Part shown: one piece after another, positions 54,047-63,175 of the stretch | How positions within the stretch are numbered: the first letter of the stretch is position 1 | Layout: every line of letters starts with the position of its first letter | Assembly: GCA_018623155.1 (NCBI GenBank) | Contig: JAAZVZ010000003.1 | Location: 59,373 to 123,372, forward strand | Reading direction: 5' to 3' | Length of the DNA stretch: 64,000 nucleotides | From: Glaciecola sp. | GTDB taxonomy: Bacteria; Pseudomonadota; Gammaproteobacteria; Enterobacterales; Alteromonadaceae | Made by a program: the position numbers and the translations under genes | The notes under the pieces: generated by a model | What the model was told of the DNA's origin: nothing | Seen by the model: the letters and a program-made list of their open reading frames with translations, nothing else | The model's database searches: none

Positions 54047-54074
54047 ATTATACGCAGATTACTTAATTTTTCAA
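54047..54074 (-). promoter_or_regulatory. Candidate sigma70 promoter of rplM-rpsI
   Basis: The minus strand reads TTGAAA, then a 16-nt spacer, then TATAAT, followed by a GC-rich discriminator (CTTGCGCC). The -35 element overlaps the mazG stop codon. This predicts a 5' UTR of about 130 nt. Confidence 0.45.
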
Positions 54075-54904
54075 CAATTTAATGTGCTTAATTTGCTTTG
54101 TTTGACTTCTTCCCAAATGGCATCCAGCTCAGTGAGCGAAAGCGAGCTCATTGCTTGTCCTGATTCATTCACTTTTGCTTCTACTGCGTTAAAACGATTA
54201 GTGAATTTTTGATTTGCTTCAATCAATGCGCTTTCTGCATCCACGCCCAAGTGTCTTGCTAAGTTAACTACTGCAAATAATAAATCACCCACTTCTTCTG
54301 TTACATCAGCATGTGACTTGTGCTCAGCAGCTTCTGCAACTTCTTCCAATTCCTCATGTATTTTGGCGTATACCGATGCAATATCGTTCCAATCAAAGCC
54401 GACTTTTGCGCATTGTTTTTGAATTTTCTGGGCGCGCAATAACGGAGTCATTCCATTGGGTATTGCGCCAAGTAACCTTACTTGTTTTGTTTTCTTCTCC
54501 GTCGCTTTGATTTCATCCCACTGATTTTTAACTTCATCCGCTGTCAAATTTAACTGTTCACCAAACACATGAGGGTGTCGACGGATCAGCTTGTCACACA
54601 TACTCTGTGCAATATCGGCCAGCTCAAACCAATTCTTTTCGGCCCCAAGTTGTGCATAAAACACGACTTGAAAAAGCAAATCACCAAGCTCTTCACACAA
54701 GTGTTGCGGGTCCTGCTCCATAATGGCTTCAGCTACCTCGTAGGTTTCTTCAATGGTGTGCGGAATGATGGTTTCGAACGTTTGTTTGAGGTCCCATGGG
54801 CATCCGGTATCTGGATCTCTTAGTTGCCGCATTATTGCAACCAAACCTGCTACTGGATCTGACGCGACAAGATGCTCAAATCGCGCAAGCTCTGATGAAT
54901 TCAT
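54071..54904 (-). CDS. mazG: Nucleoside triphosphate pyrophosphohydrolase MazG
   Basis: 277 aa. Tandem MazG domains (EETYEVAEAI, ELGDLLFQVV / EELEEVAEA, EVGDLLFAVVNLAR), directly after relA. Confidence 0.9.
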   Translation of the reverse strand: MNSSELARFEHLVASDPVAGLVAIMRQLRDPDTGCPWDLKQTFETIIPHTIEETYEVAEAIMEQDPQHLCEELGDLLFQVVFYAQLGAEKNWFELADIAQSMCDKLIRRHPHVFGEQLNLTADEVKNQWDEIKATEKKTKQVRLLGAIPNGMTPLLRAQKIQKQCAKVGFDWNDIASVYAKIHEELEEVAEAAEHKSHADVTEEVGDLLFAVVNLARHLGVDAESALIEANQKFTNRFNAVEAKVNESGQAMSSLSLTELDAIWEEVKQSKLSTLNC

Positions 54905-54906
54905 AA

Positions 54907-57057
54907 TTAGTGCTCGTATTTGAAGGCGTCCATGACACCTTTGATTTTGCGTAACCGCTTTAACAATATATTAAGACTGCTGAGGTGACTTACCTCAACA
55001 ACTAACTCTATCTGACAAGTGCCTGTTTGAGTATCACTGACGCTATTTATTCCCAATACAGGTACTTTATCATTACTGGTCTGAGTCATTATATCGCGCA
55101 TCAACCCGGTGCGATCTGCGCATTTTAGGGCCACTTTTGCTTGTAAGCCCTGCGCTTGCGTACCACTCCAGTTCACTTCAATTTCTCGTTCAGGATACTG
55201 TGACAATAAATGCGCCAATTGTTCGCAATTTTCTTTATGCACACTGACTCCACGTCCTTGAGTAATGTATCCAGAAATCGGTTCACCAGGTAATGGCTGA
55301 CAGCAATTAGCAATACTGCTCAGCAAATTCCCCACACCTTCGACCTCAATATGGCCATCGGTTTTACGTACCTTTTGCTGTGGCGGTTTTGGCTTTATCA
55401 GTTCAGCTTCAACCTCTGGTCTAGAAAGTTGTTCAACAAAATGCACGACCGACATGACTCTTATATCACCAGCACCGACAGCAACATACAGGTCTTCAAC
55501 GTGATTAACATTAAATCGTCCTAAATCCGCTGGAATGTCTTTGAGAGTCAAGTGGGTTTTTGCTAACTCCCTTTCCAGTAACTCTTTACCTGCTGTGAGA
55601 TGGTCAGCTCGATCTAGTTTTTTAAAAAAAGTATGAATTTTGGCGCGAGCTCGGGAAGAAAAAACATACCCTAACCCAGGATGCAACCAATCACGTGATG
55701 GATTAAGTTGTTTACCGGTGAGGATTTCAATTTGGTCTCCACTTTGTAATTTGTAGGTAAAAGGGACAATCCTGCCATCCACTTTGGCACCAATACAGCG
55801 ATGACCAACATTGGAATGAATATAATAGGCAAAATCTAATGGTGTGGACCCAACCGGCAAATCAATCACATCACCATTAGGCGTAAACACATAAACTCGA
55901 TCGTCAAATACTTGCGAGCGCAGTTCTTCAACCAGATCGCCAGATTCAGCAACTTCTTCTTGCCACGCTAAAATTTTACGCAACCAGGTAATCCTAGCTT
56001 CTGCTGCTGAGGTTTTCCCTTTGTGCTCCTCTTTGTATTTCCAATGTGCGGCAACGCCAAGCTCTGCGTCGTCATGCATTTGCTGAGTGCGAATTTGAAT
56101 TTCGATAGTACGCTGTTCAGGCCCTCGGATCACAGTATGAATTGACTGATATCCATTGCCTTTAGGCGTGGCAATATAATCGTCAAATTCATTGACAAGG
56201 TGATGCCATTTGGCATGTACTGTACCTAACGCAGCATAACAATCGGGTAAGGAATCCGCGATGATCCGCACCGCCCTAATGTCAAATAACTGTTCGAACG
56301 ATAAACCTTTCTTTTGCATTTTTTTGTGAATCGAAAAAATGTGTTTTGGTCGACCATATACGTATGCTTGTATTTGCTGAGCAGATAATTCATCTTCTAA
56401 AGATGCAACAAACTCATCAATGTATTCGGTTCTCTCCGAACGTTTTTCATCTAACCACGATGCTATCTGCTTGTACTTTTGCGGATGCAAATACCGAAAA
56501 GCCAAGTCTTCCAACTCCCATTTGAGCTGACCAATACCCAAGCGATTCGCTAGCGGAGCATACACCGTCGCACATTCTCGAGCCACCATCACTCGTGTTT
56601 CTTCGTCTTCGTTTTTAATGCGTTGCAAAGTACAAATGCGCTCTGCCATCTTGATCACCACGGCACGCACATCCTCGACCATAGCCAGTAACATTTTTCG
56701 GATATTATCAACCTGCGCTTCATCCTGCTGATGCTTTGCTTGTAATGTCTTAATTGCATCCATCTTGCGCACACCGCTGATCAGATTAGCAATATCAGGA
56801 GAAAATACCTCGCCAATTGAGTCTTTATCTAATTCGTGCATTTCACAATAAGGAAAGACCATCGCGGCCATGAGGGTTACATCATCCATATTCAACTCGG
56901 CCAGTATTTCGACCATCTCTTGCCCGATGAGCAAGTTTTCTGGATGATTAACGATTTCGCGCAACTTGTGTTTGGTAGCGTCTGCGATATCTAGCTGGGA
57001 TAACCACTCATCAAATGGGGGGCGTTGTGGGCGATGCACACTGCGTACTGAAACCAA
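54907..57057 (-). CDS. relA: GTP pyrophosphokinase ((p)ppGpp synthetase I) RelA
   Basis: RelA/SpoT architecture (degenerate HD, synthetase, TGS, ACT). Track start is a TTG at 57096. I prefer the TTG at 57057 (MVSVRSVH), 6 nt after AAGGAG, which aligns with the E. coli MVAVRSAH N-terminus. Confidence 0.92.
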   Translation of the reverse strand: MVSVRSVHRPQRPPFDEWLSQLDIADATKHKLREIVNHPENLLIGQEMVEILAELNMDDVTLMAAMVFPYCEMHELDKDSIGEVFSPDIANLISGVRKMDAIKTLQAKHQQDEAQVDNIRKMLLAMVEDVRAVVIKMAERICTLQRIKNEDEETRVMVARECATVYAPLANRLGIGQLKWELEDLAFRYLHPQKYKQIASWLDEKRSERTEYIDEFVASLEDELSAQQIQAYVYGRPKHIFSIHKKMQKKGLSFEQLFDIRAVRIIADSLPDCYAALGTVHAKWHHLVNEFDDYIATPKGNGYQSIHTVIRGPEQRTIEIQIRTQQMHDDAELGVAAHWKYKEEHKGKTSAAEARITWLRKILAWQEEVAESGDLVEELRSQVFDDRVYVFTPNGDVIDLPVGSTPLDFAYYIHSNVGHRCIGAKVDGRIVPFTYKLQSGDQIEILTGKQLNPSRDWLHPGLGYVFSSRARAKIHTFFKKLDRADHLTAGKELLERELAKTHLTLKDIPADLGRFNVNHVEDLYVAVGAGDIRVMSVVHFVEQLSRPEVEAELIKPKPPQQKVRKTDGHIEVEGVGNLLSSIANCCQPLPGEPISGYITQGRGVSVHKENCEQLAHLLSQYPEREIEVNWSGTQAQGLQAKVALKCADRTGLMRDIMTQTSNDKVPVLGINSVSDTQTGTCQIELVVEVSHLSSLNILLKRLRKIKGVMDAFKYEH

Positions 57058-57148
57058 AACCAACTCCTTGTATTTTCCTATCGCTAAATCATACAAGTAA
57101 AATGGGATAGGTGGTAGAAAAATCCTTGCTCAGCGCCAATGGAAAGTA

Positions 57149-58591
57149 TTAATTATCTTGCACCCACAGACTAAATAGTTCAGTGTGATGGGTGGCACGA
57201 AACATATCCAACAACTGAACACGCCTCAAGACAAATCCTTTGTCATGTAAAATCTTTGCATCGGATAACCAAGTTTGTGGATTACAGGATATATAAACGA
57301 GATGCGTTATTGCACTTAGATCGCATTGAGTAAGAATAAATCCGGCTCCGGCACGTGCAGGATCCAATAGCATTTTGTTGGCACCAAAATCAGTTATGCT
57401 GTGCAACAATTCAGAACTAGCCAAATCACCTGCCAACCATTCAATATTGTCAAACTGCTGTTGTTTGGCACGGTAAGCTGCTTTCTCCACAACAGAAGCA
57501 ACCCCTTCGACGGCTAATACTTGTGAGCATCGCCTTGCAATGGGTAGAGTAAAATTCCCCGATCCAGCAAATAAATCCAATACATGATCTGTTTTATTCA
57601 ATGCCAATGCCTCAATGGTTGCCTTTACCATTTGGTCATTCACGACCTGATTAACTTGAACAAAATCTTCCATTGTGACCGGATACAGATCATTATCGAC
57701 AGTCGATAAACATAGGTCTGGCGTCACCCATTTATCATCACATAACTGACCATAAGACTGCGCCGATTGCCACTGCGACAAATGCCCAGCCCCCTTATCA
57801 TTAACCAAAATGATAACTTCATGTGCATCACCAAATCCTTGGATCGCTGCCAATGCTGTATGCCCTAAACTTGCTTTAGCATGAAACCCTACCGCAACTC
57901 CCAAATGAGTCTTTAAAATACTGATATGACCGATAGACTTCAACCAATGCCACTGTGTAACGGATTGGCTGAGTGCGCTTAATACTTTTTGTAATGCGGG
58001 TTCACATATGGTGCACTGAGAAATTGGCAAGACATTTTTGCTATTTAACTGACGAAATCCTACTTTGATTTGCTTTGCATTACGGGCATCAACTGCGAGA
58101 CGGATTTTACGGCGGTATTGCATTGGGCTTGTTATTGGCTCTGCCCACACATTATTATCGTAGCGATTTCCAAACACCTTGTGCATCGCTTCAAAAAGCA
58201 CTTGTTGCTTCAGATTCAATAGCGTTTCAGCCTCAGTATAACCGAGCACACAGCCGCCACAAGCGTGTTCGGCAACCCTAGTATTCGGGTGACCAAGCGC
58301 ATGTTGACAATGCGACTCAATCCTCGCTTCGCTAGCATTTGTAATCCTAGTGGCTACCGCTGTAGAGCTATTTTTGCCAGACTCAAGCACTAATGCATCG
58401 ATACGCTCTCCAGGTAGTGCGCCCTTAACAAAAATATTTGTGTGTTCATGTAACCTAACTTGATTGTGTAATGTCAGGTCAGAGGTTGAGACATTGAATA
58501 AACGTTTCTTAGGAGAAGGTTTTGAGACGCCCTTACTGGGCCTAGTCCCTCTGCTGTTTTTACCGGATTGAGGTTTAAATAGCTTTACCAT
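57149..58591 (-). CDS. rlmD: 23S rRNA (uracil1939-C5)-methyltransferase RlmD (RumA)
   Basis: 480 aa. TRAM-like N-domain, Cys cluster (CGGC plus upstream/downstream Cys) and a SAM-MTase C-terminus (VLDLFAGSGNFTLP, LLDPARAG, YISCNP). Upstream of relA as in E. coli. Confidence 0.87.
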   Translation of the reverse strand: MVKLFKPQSGKNSRGTRPSKGVSKPSPKKRLFNVSTSDLTLHNQVRLHEHTNIFVKGALPGERIDALVLESGKNSSTAVATRITNASEARIESHCQHALGHPNTRVAEHACGGCVLGYTEAETLLNLKQQVLFEAMHKVFGNRYDNNVWAEPITSPMQYRRKIRLAVDARNAKQIKVGFRQLNSKNVLPISQCTICEPALQKVLSALSQSVTQWHWLKSIGHISILKTHLGVAVGFHAKASLGHTALAAIQGFGDAHEVIILVNDKGAGHLSQWQSAQSYGQLCDDKWVTPDLCLSTVDNDLYPVTMEDFVQVNQVVNDQMVKATIEALALNKTDHVLDLFAGSGNFTLPIARRCSQVLAVEGVASVVEKAAYRAKQQQFDNIEWLAGDLASSELLHSITDFGANKMLLDPARAGAGFILTQCDLSAITHLVYISCNPQTWLSDAKILHDKGFVLRRVQLLDMFRATHHTELFSLWVQDN

Positions 58592-58644
58592 GAATAAAAG
58601 CTCAAATAAAAACGGGGGTAACTTTTTGCCTGATTCATAACATA

Positions 58645-59025
58645 TTAGTCATTGGTCAAAATGACTGTAGCAACGACATAGTCTTTTTCGTCGGAAATTG
58701 ACACATGGCCAACGGTCACTCCAATGGCCTCAGCGCGCTTCGCAAAACCACCACCATAGCGCAGCCAAGGTTGCCCTAACTCAGTATATTCACACCATAC
58801 ATCGGCCAAATTCACACCGTTGCCAATACCTGTACCAAGTGCCTTTACTGCCGCTTCTTTAAGGGCAAAGCGCTTCGCTAAAAATCGTGTTGGCTGAGCA
58901 TGATCAAAATATTCTTTCAGTTCAGTAGGATGAAGTATTCGCTTGGCAAACGCGGGCGAATCAGGTGTGTGTTTTGCTAATCTAGCAATTGCAACAATGT
59001 CTGTGCCAAGTCCGAGCGTAGCCAT
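58645..59025 (-). CDS. acpS: Holo-[acyl-carrier-protein] synthase
   Basis: 126 aa. LGTDIVAI N-terminal motif and FALKEAAVKALGTG. Confidence 0.9.
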   Translation of the reverse strand: MATLGLGTDIVAIARLAKHTPDSPAFAKRILHPTELKEYFDHAQPTRFLAKRFALKEAAVKALGTGIGNGVNLADVWCEYTELGQPWLRYGGGFAKRAEAIGVTVGHVSISDEKDYVVATVILTND

Positions 59026-59032
59026 TGACTCA

Positions 59033-59794
59033 TTAAACCAATGCTTGCATACGCGCTTCTTGCATCAGTAGACGCATATCACGTACCGCTTTTTCCATTC
59101 CGTCAAATACAGCCCGCGCCATAATAGCATGACCAATATTCAATTCTTCAATTTGTGGAATAGCAGCAATGGGTTTGACATTGTGATAATGCAAGCCATG
59201 TCCAGCATTGACCCTTAAGCCCTTCGCAGCAGCATAGGAGATACCCGTTTGAAGTTTCGCTAATTCATCTTGTGCAACAACATGATTAGCTGCCTCTGCA
59301 TACTGTCCAGTATGAATTTCAATATACGGGGCACCGCAGGCTACTGCAGCATCGATTTGTTCTTCAATAGCATCGATAAAAAGAGACACCATAATACCCG
59401 CATCTCCCAATACGGTGCAGGCATGTTTGATCTTATCGAACTGTCCAACAACATCCAAACCACCTTCTGTGGTGAGTTCTTCGCGTTTTTCAGGGACTAA
59501 ACACACAAATGTAGGCTGTGTGTGTAGAGCGATTTGGAGCATTTCATCCGTCACAGCCATTTCTAGATTTAAACGCGTATTAATCGTTCTAGCCAATATC
59601 TCCACATCACGGTCTTTGATATGCCGACGATCTTCACGTAAATGCACTGTGATACCATCCGCACCTGCTCGTTCAGCTACATCTGCGGCATGCACTGGGT
59701 CGGGATAATGGGTTCCACGGGCGTTGCGTAACGTCGCAACGTGATCGATATTTACCCCTAGTAAAATAGGTTCAAATGTAGCTGGCTGATTCAT
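59033..59794 (-). CDS. pdxJ: Pyridoxine 5'-phosphate synthase
   Basis: Collinear with E. coli PdxJ ([47 protein letters not shown]). Trimmed to the ATG at 59794; the track start is a TTG at 59821. Confidence 0.93.
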   Translation of the reverse strand: MNQPATFEPILLGVNIDHVATLRNARGTHYPDPVHAADVAERAGADGITVHLREDRRHIKDRDVEILARTINTRLNLEMAVTDEMLQIALHTQPTFVCLVPEKREELTTEGGLDVVGQFDKIKHACTVLGDAGIMVSLFIDAIEEQIDAAVACGAPYIEIHTGQYAEAANHVVAQDELAKLQTGISYAAAKGLRVNAGHGLHYHNVKPIAAIPQIEELNIGHAIMARAVFDGMEKAVRDMRLLMQEARMQALV

Positions 59795-59860
59795 CGCAAA
59801 TACTCTAAATTCTTTTGGCAATAGTATACCTTAACGGGTGTCTTGGCATCAATCAGAGCT

Positions 59861-60577
59861 TTATGAATGGGAAGAGATCGTTTTAAAAAGTTCTCTACTT
59901 TTAAGTGGTTTGTCACCCAATAAGTCAGAAATCACTTGACGACAGATAATTTTGGCGCACAGCAAAGATTGTTCGTGCCAAATTCGATTCGCGACATCAT
60001 AAAAAACACTCCCGCGAAAATACCACTTCTCACTCGGCATACAAGCTATGACACCGGTTCCAAGACGGTAATAGTAGCAACTCTCTGCCGCTAAACTGAT
60101 GCCACTATCTGCTTCAACATCAATCCCACCTAACACCCCAATATGCTGTAACAAATACAATTCAAATTCCCTTAATAAGGCCTCCAACCAATGTACTTTA
60201 GCTTCTGCCAAATGGGCTAAGGTCGTTTGATAGGCATCGAATAATTCAGGGTCGGCATATTCATTTGGGCAAATGCGCAGTAATAACTCATTGAGATACA
60301 TACCACAAAACAAATTCGTCCCAGTCAGCCCAAAGCTCTGTCTCAACGTGTCTAGCTGTCCCATATTGCGCAGTTCTCCTGACCCTAGGAGTTCACATTG
60401 CAACGGTAAAAAAGGTTGTAGCAATGCAACTTTAGGAGACTTCTTGCTCTTAGCTCCTCGGACAACACAGCGTAATTTACCATGCTCACGGGTTAGCATG
60501 TCGACAAGTAAACTGGTTTCTCGATATGGACGGCTGTGTAGCACAAACGCCTGAGTATTGAGCACAAGACGCGCCAT
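59861..60577 (-). CDS. recO: DNA repair protein RecO
   Basis: Trimmed to MARLVLNTQAFVLHSRPYRETSLLVDMLT (ATG at 60577), the typical RecO N-terminus. The track ORF extension to 60637 would overlap recJ. Confidence 0.87.
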   Translation of the reverse strand: MARLVLNTQAFVLHSRPYRETSLLVDMLTREHGKLRCVVRGAKSKKSPKVALLQPFLPLQCELLGSGELRNMGQLDTLRQSFGLTGTNLFCGMYLNELLLRICPNEYADPELFDAYQTTLAHLAEAKVHWLEALLREFELYLLQHIGVLGGIDVEADSGISLAAESCYYYRLGTGVIACMPSEKWYFRGSVFYDVANRIWHEQSLLCAKIICRQVISDLLGDKPLKSRELFKTISSHS

Positions 60578-60578
60578 A

Positions 60579-62327
60579 TTACACCGGCTGGAAAGTGTGA
60601 ATAAGACACTGTACTGTCTCATTCCCACGGAACTCATTGACGTTCAAACTGTACGCAGCATGGATTTCTTGACAGTTAAGGTTCGGCCATTGAGTCACAT
60701 CAACATTAAATGCAATCGCATCGATGGTTTGTCCGTCCAGTGATAAAAGTAATTTGAGGTGTTTTTCACCCACAATGCGTTGATTGATAATGGTGAATAC
60801 ATTATCAAAGATAGGAGCCGGACACCCCTGCCCCCAAACGCACAACTGCTCTAACTGTTTGGCTAGACCCAATTCCAGTTGTGAAGCATGCAAAGCACCA
60901 TCGGTTTGGACTTGTGCTGTTTTAGGCAAGTCTGAGTCTAGCTCACTGATCACTTCACTCAGTGCACATTCAAACTTTTCTAGATCACTCGCCGCCAAAG
61001 TAAGACCGGCGGCCATGGCATGCCCACCAAATTTTTTGATCAGAGTGGGGTGACGAGTGTTAACCCGCTCAAGTGCATCACGAATATGCAAACCTGGAAT
61101 GGAGCGCGCCGAACCTTTGAGTTCTCCATCACCCGCATCAGCAAATACAATAGTGGGCCGATAGCATTGTTCTTTGATTCTCCCAGCTACGATGCCTATG
61201 ACGCCCTCATGAAACGAATCTTGAAATAGCACAAGTACCGGCGGCAAATCGTTTGGATTAAGCTGCAAGCTAGCTAAGTGCGCCTCCGCATCATCACGCA
61301 TACTCTGCTCTATCTGTTTGCGTTCACGGTTAAACTGATCAAGTTGCTCAGCAAGTTGACGAGCGACAAATGGGTCTTGTGCGATTAGGCATTCGATACC
61401 GATACTCATATCATCGAGTCTGCCCGCAGCATTTAAGCGCGGTCCCAAGATAAAGCCCAAATCACTGACCGTTAATTTTTCTGCTACTTTACCTGCTACC
61501 TCTAACAAGGCCAAAATTCCTGGCCGACAACGCTTTCGCTTGATTCTTTCTACGCCCTGATAGACCAAGATACGATTGTTTTGGTCTAATTTAACGACAT
61601 CGGCAACAGTACCTAATGCAACGAGGTCCAAAAATTCAGCAAGATTTGGCATCGGTCTGTGTGTGGTAAACCATTCCCGACTTTGCAATTCTGCTCGTAA
61701 GGCGCTGAGCATGTAAAAAGCCACTCCCACACCAGCACTGTTTTTGCCCATGAATGCACAGTCGGGTTGATTAGGGTTCACTATTGCGGTTGCGTTAGGT
61801 AGGGTGTCCCCTGCCAAATGGTGATCGGTAACAATGACCTTAATACCCAGTTGATTAGCTCTTTCCACACCTTCGTGGGCACTGATCCCATTATCCACCG
61901 TTAACAAAATATCTGCCTGATATTCCTCATGAGCGATTTCTACAAGAGGTACCGACAAACCATAACCAAAATCGAAACGGTTCGGTACTATGTACTGAAC
62001 GTTTTGATGGCCCATCGCATTCAGTGCGAGTATACATAAAGCTGTAGAAGTTGCCCCATCAGCATCAAAATCGCCAACAATCACAATTCGCTGACCCTGT
62101 AAAATGGCATCCGATAGCACGGTAACCGCGACATTTAACCCAAGCATGCTCCGGTAGTGCATCAGATCCTTCATGCTATTTGATAAGGCTTCTGGTGCTT
62201 GAATATTTCTCGCTTGCAAAATCCGAGCAAATAACTCTGTATGCCTTGGAAACGTTGCAGAGAGGATTTGTACCCATTCGGGGTCAGGTATCACTTGCCG
62301 AGAAACTATCTGAGCAGTGTGTTGCAT
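60579..62327 (-). CDS. recJ: Single-stranded-DNA-specific exonuclease RecJ
   Basis: 582 aa. DHH/DHHA1 motifs (GDFDADGATS, VDNGIS, VTDHH, GGHAMAAG). Confidence 0.95.
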   Translation of the reverse strand: MQHTAQIVSRQVIPDPEWVQILSATFPRHTELFARILQARNIQAPEALSNSMKDLMHYRSMLGLNVAVTVLSDAILQGQRIVIVGDFDADGATSTALCILALNAMGHQNVQYIVPNRFDFGYGLSVPLVEIAHEEYQADILLTVDNGISAHEGVERANQLGIKVIVTDHHLAGDTLPNATAIVNPNQPDCAFMGKNSAGVGVAFYMLSALRAELQSREWFTTHRPMPNLAEFLDLVALGTVADVVKLDQNNRILVYQGVERIKRKRCRPGILALLEVAGKVAEKLTVSDLGFILGPRLNAAGRLDDMSIGIECLIAQDPFVARQLAEQLDQFNRERKQIEQSMRDDAEAHLASLQLNPNDLPPVLVLFQDSFHEGVIGIVAGRIKEQCYRPTIVFADAGDGELKGSARSIPGLHIRDALERVNTRHPTLIKKFGGHAMAAGLTLAASDLEKFECALSEVISELDSDLPKTAQVQTDGALHASQLELGLAKQLEQLCVWGQGCPAPIFDNVFTIINQRIVGEKHLKLLLSLDGQTIDAIAFNVDVTQWPNLNCQEIHAAYSLNVNEFRGNETVQCLIHTFQPV

Positions 62328-63118
62328 TATTCAGTTCCAGCTTCGCCCAGCATTTGTTTCATTTGTTGCAACATGGTTTCTGCAGGGACGTAACCACCAA
62401 TCAAAGCCCCATTTTCTAAAACAATATTAGGCGTGCCAGATACACCAATTTGTCCACCCGCTTTAAAATGTTGCGCGACAGGATTATCACAAGTACGTGG
62501 TGATACATCATTACCTTCTTTAGCAGAAGTCATATCTTGTTGTTGATTTTCAGAGCACCAAATTGAGACCATATCGCGGTAAGACTGCCCTGAAACCCCT
62601 GCTCTAGGGTAAGCGAGGTAACGCACTGTGATCCCTAAGTCGAGATAATCCTGAATTTCACGATGCAATTTACGACAATATCCACAAGTGATATCCGTAA
62701 AAACGTTTGCTACGTATTGCTCATTTTTGGCTTTAAAGACAATGGCAGAATCGCCAAGCGATGCAATAACCGATTGCCTTACTTTGTACATGGCGAGTTC
62801 CGTTTCGTTACGCATCCCTTGTGCAATATTAAATAGATTACCCGCAAACACAAATTCACCATTTTGCGATAAGTACAAAACCCCTGCAGGGGTAGTCAGT
62901 TGAACAAAACCGTCTACCGGTGCAGCAGTAACCGATTCCACGGGTATATTGGTGGCTGTTCGGAATTTATCTAAGGCTTCGTCACTGATTAATTGCTTAG
63001 ATGGTTGTTCGGTATTTTGGTGAGTCATGGGTCTCGGTTGCTCTTGAGAACACCCAGAAAAGCTTATTGTTGTTATCAACAACACACTTGCACAAAGTAA
63101 GAATTTATTTATTGTCAT
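62327..63118 (-). CDS. dsbC: Thiol:disulfide interchange protein DsbC (possibly lipidated)
   Basis: 263 aa. Thioredoxin fold with CGYC active site and a second Cys pair. The stop overlaps the recJ start (TAATG). The N-terminus has a lipobox-like FSGC. Confidence 0.85.
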   Translation of the reverse strand: MTINKFLLCASVLLITTISFSGCSQEQPRPMTHQNTEQPSKQLISDEALDKFRTATNIPVESVTAAPVDGFVQLTTPAGVLYLSQNGEFVFAGNLFNIAQGMRNETELAMYKVRQSVIASLGDSAIVFKAKNEQYVANVFTDITCGYCRKLHREIQDYLDLGITVRYLAYPRAGVSGQSYRDMVSIWCSENQQQDMTSAKEGNDVSPRTCDNPVAQHFKAGGQIGVSGTPNIVLENGALIGGYVPAETMLQQMKQMLGEAGTE

Positions 63119-63175
63119 GTTTTGCTACTGCGCCATTTGTTATTAACGTATTGTATAATCTCAGGAAGCGAATTC

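Noticed and set aside
54904-54907. Looked for a mazEF toxin-antitoxin pair between relA and mazG, as in E. coli.
   Set aside because: The relA stop and mazG start are separated by only 2 nt, so no room exists and mazEF is simply absent here.
58574-58591. rlmD and pstB (2016-2033) both begin with MVKLFK.
   Set aside because: The match is six residues only, the nucleotide sequences differ at several codons, and similarity does not continue. I treat it as coincidence.
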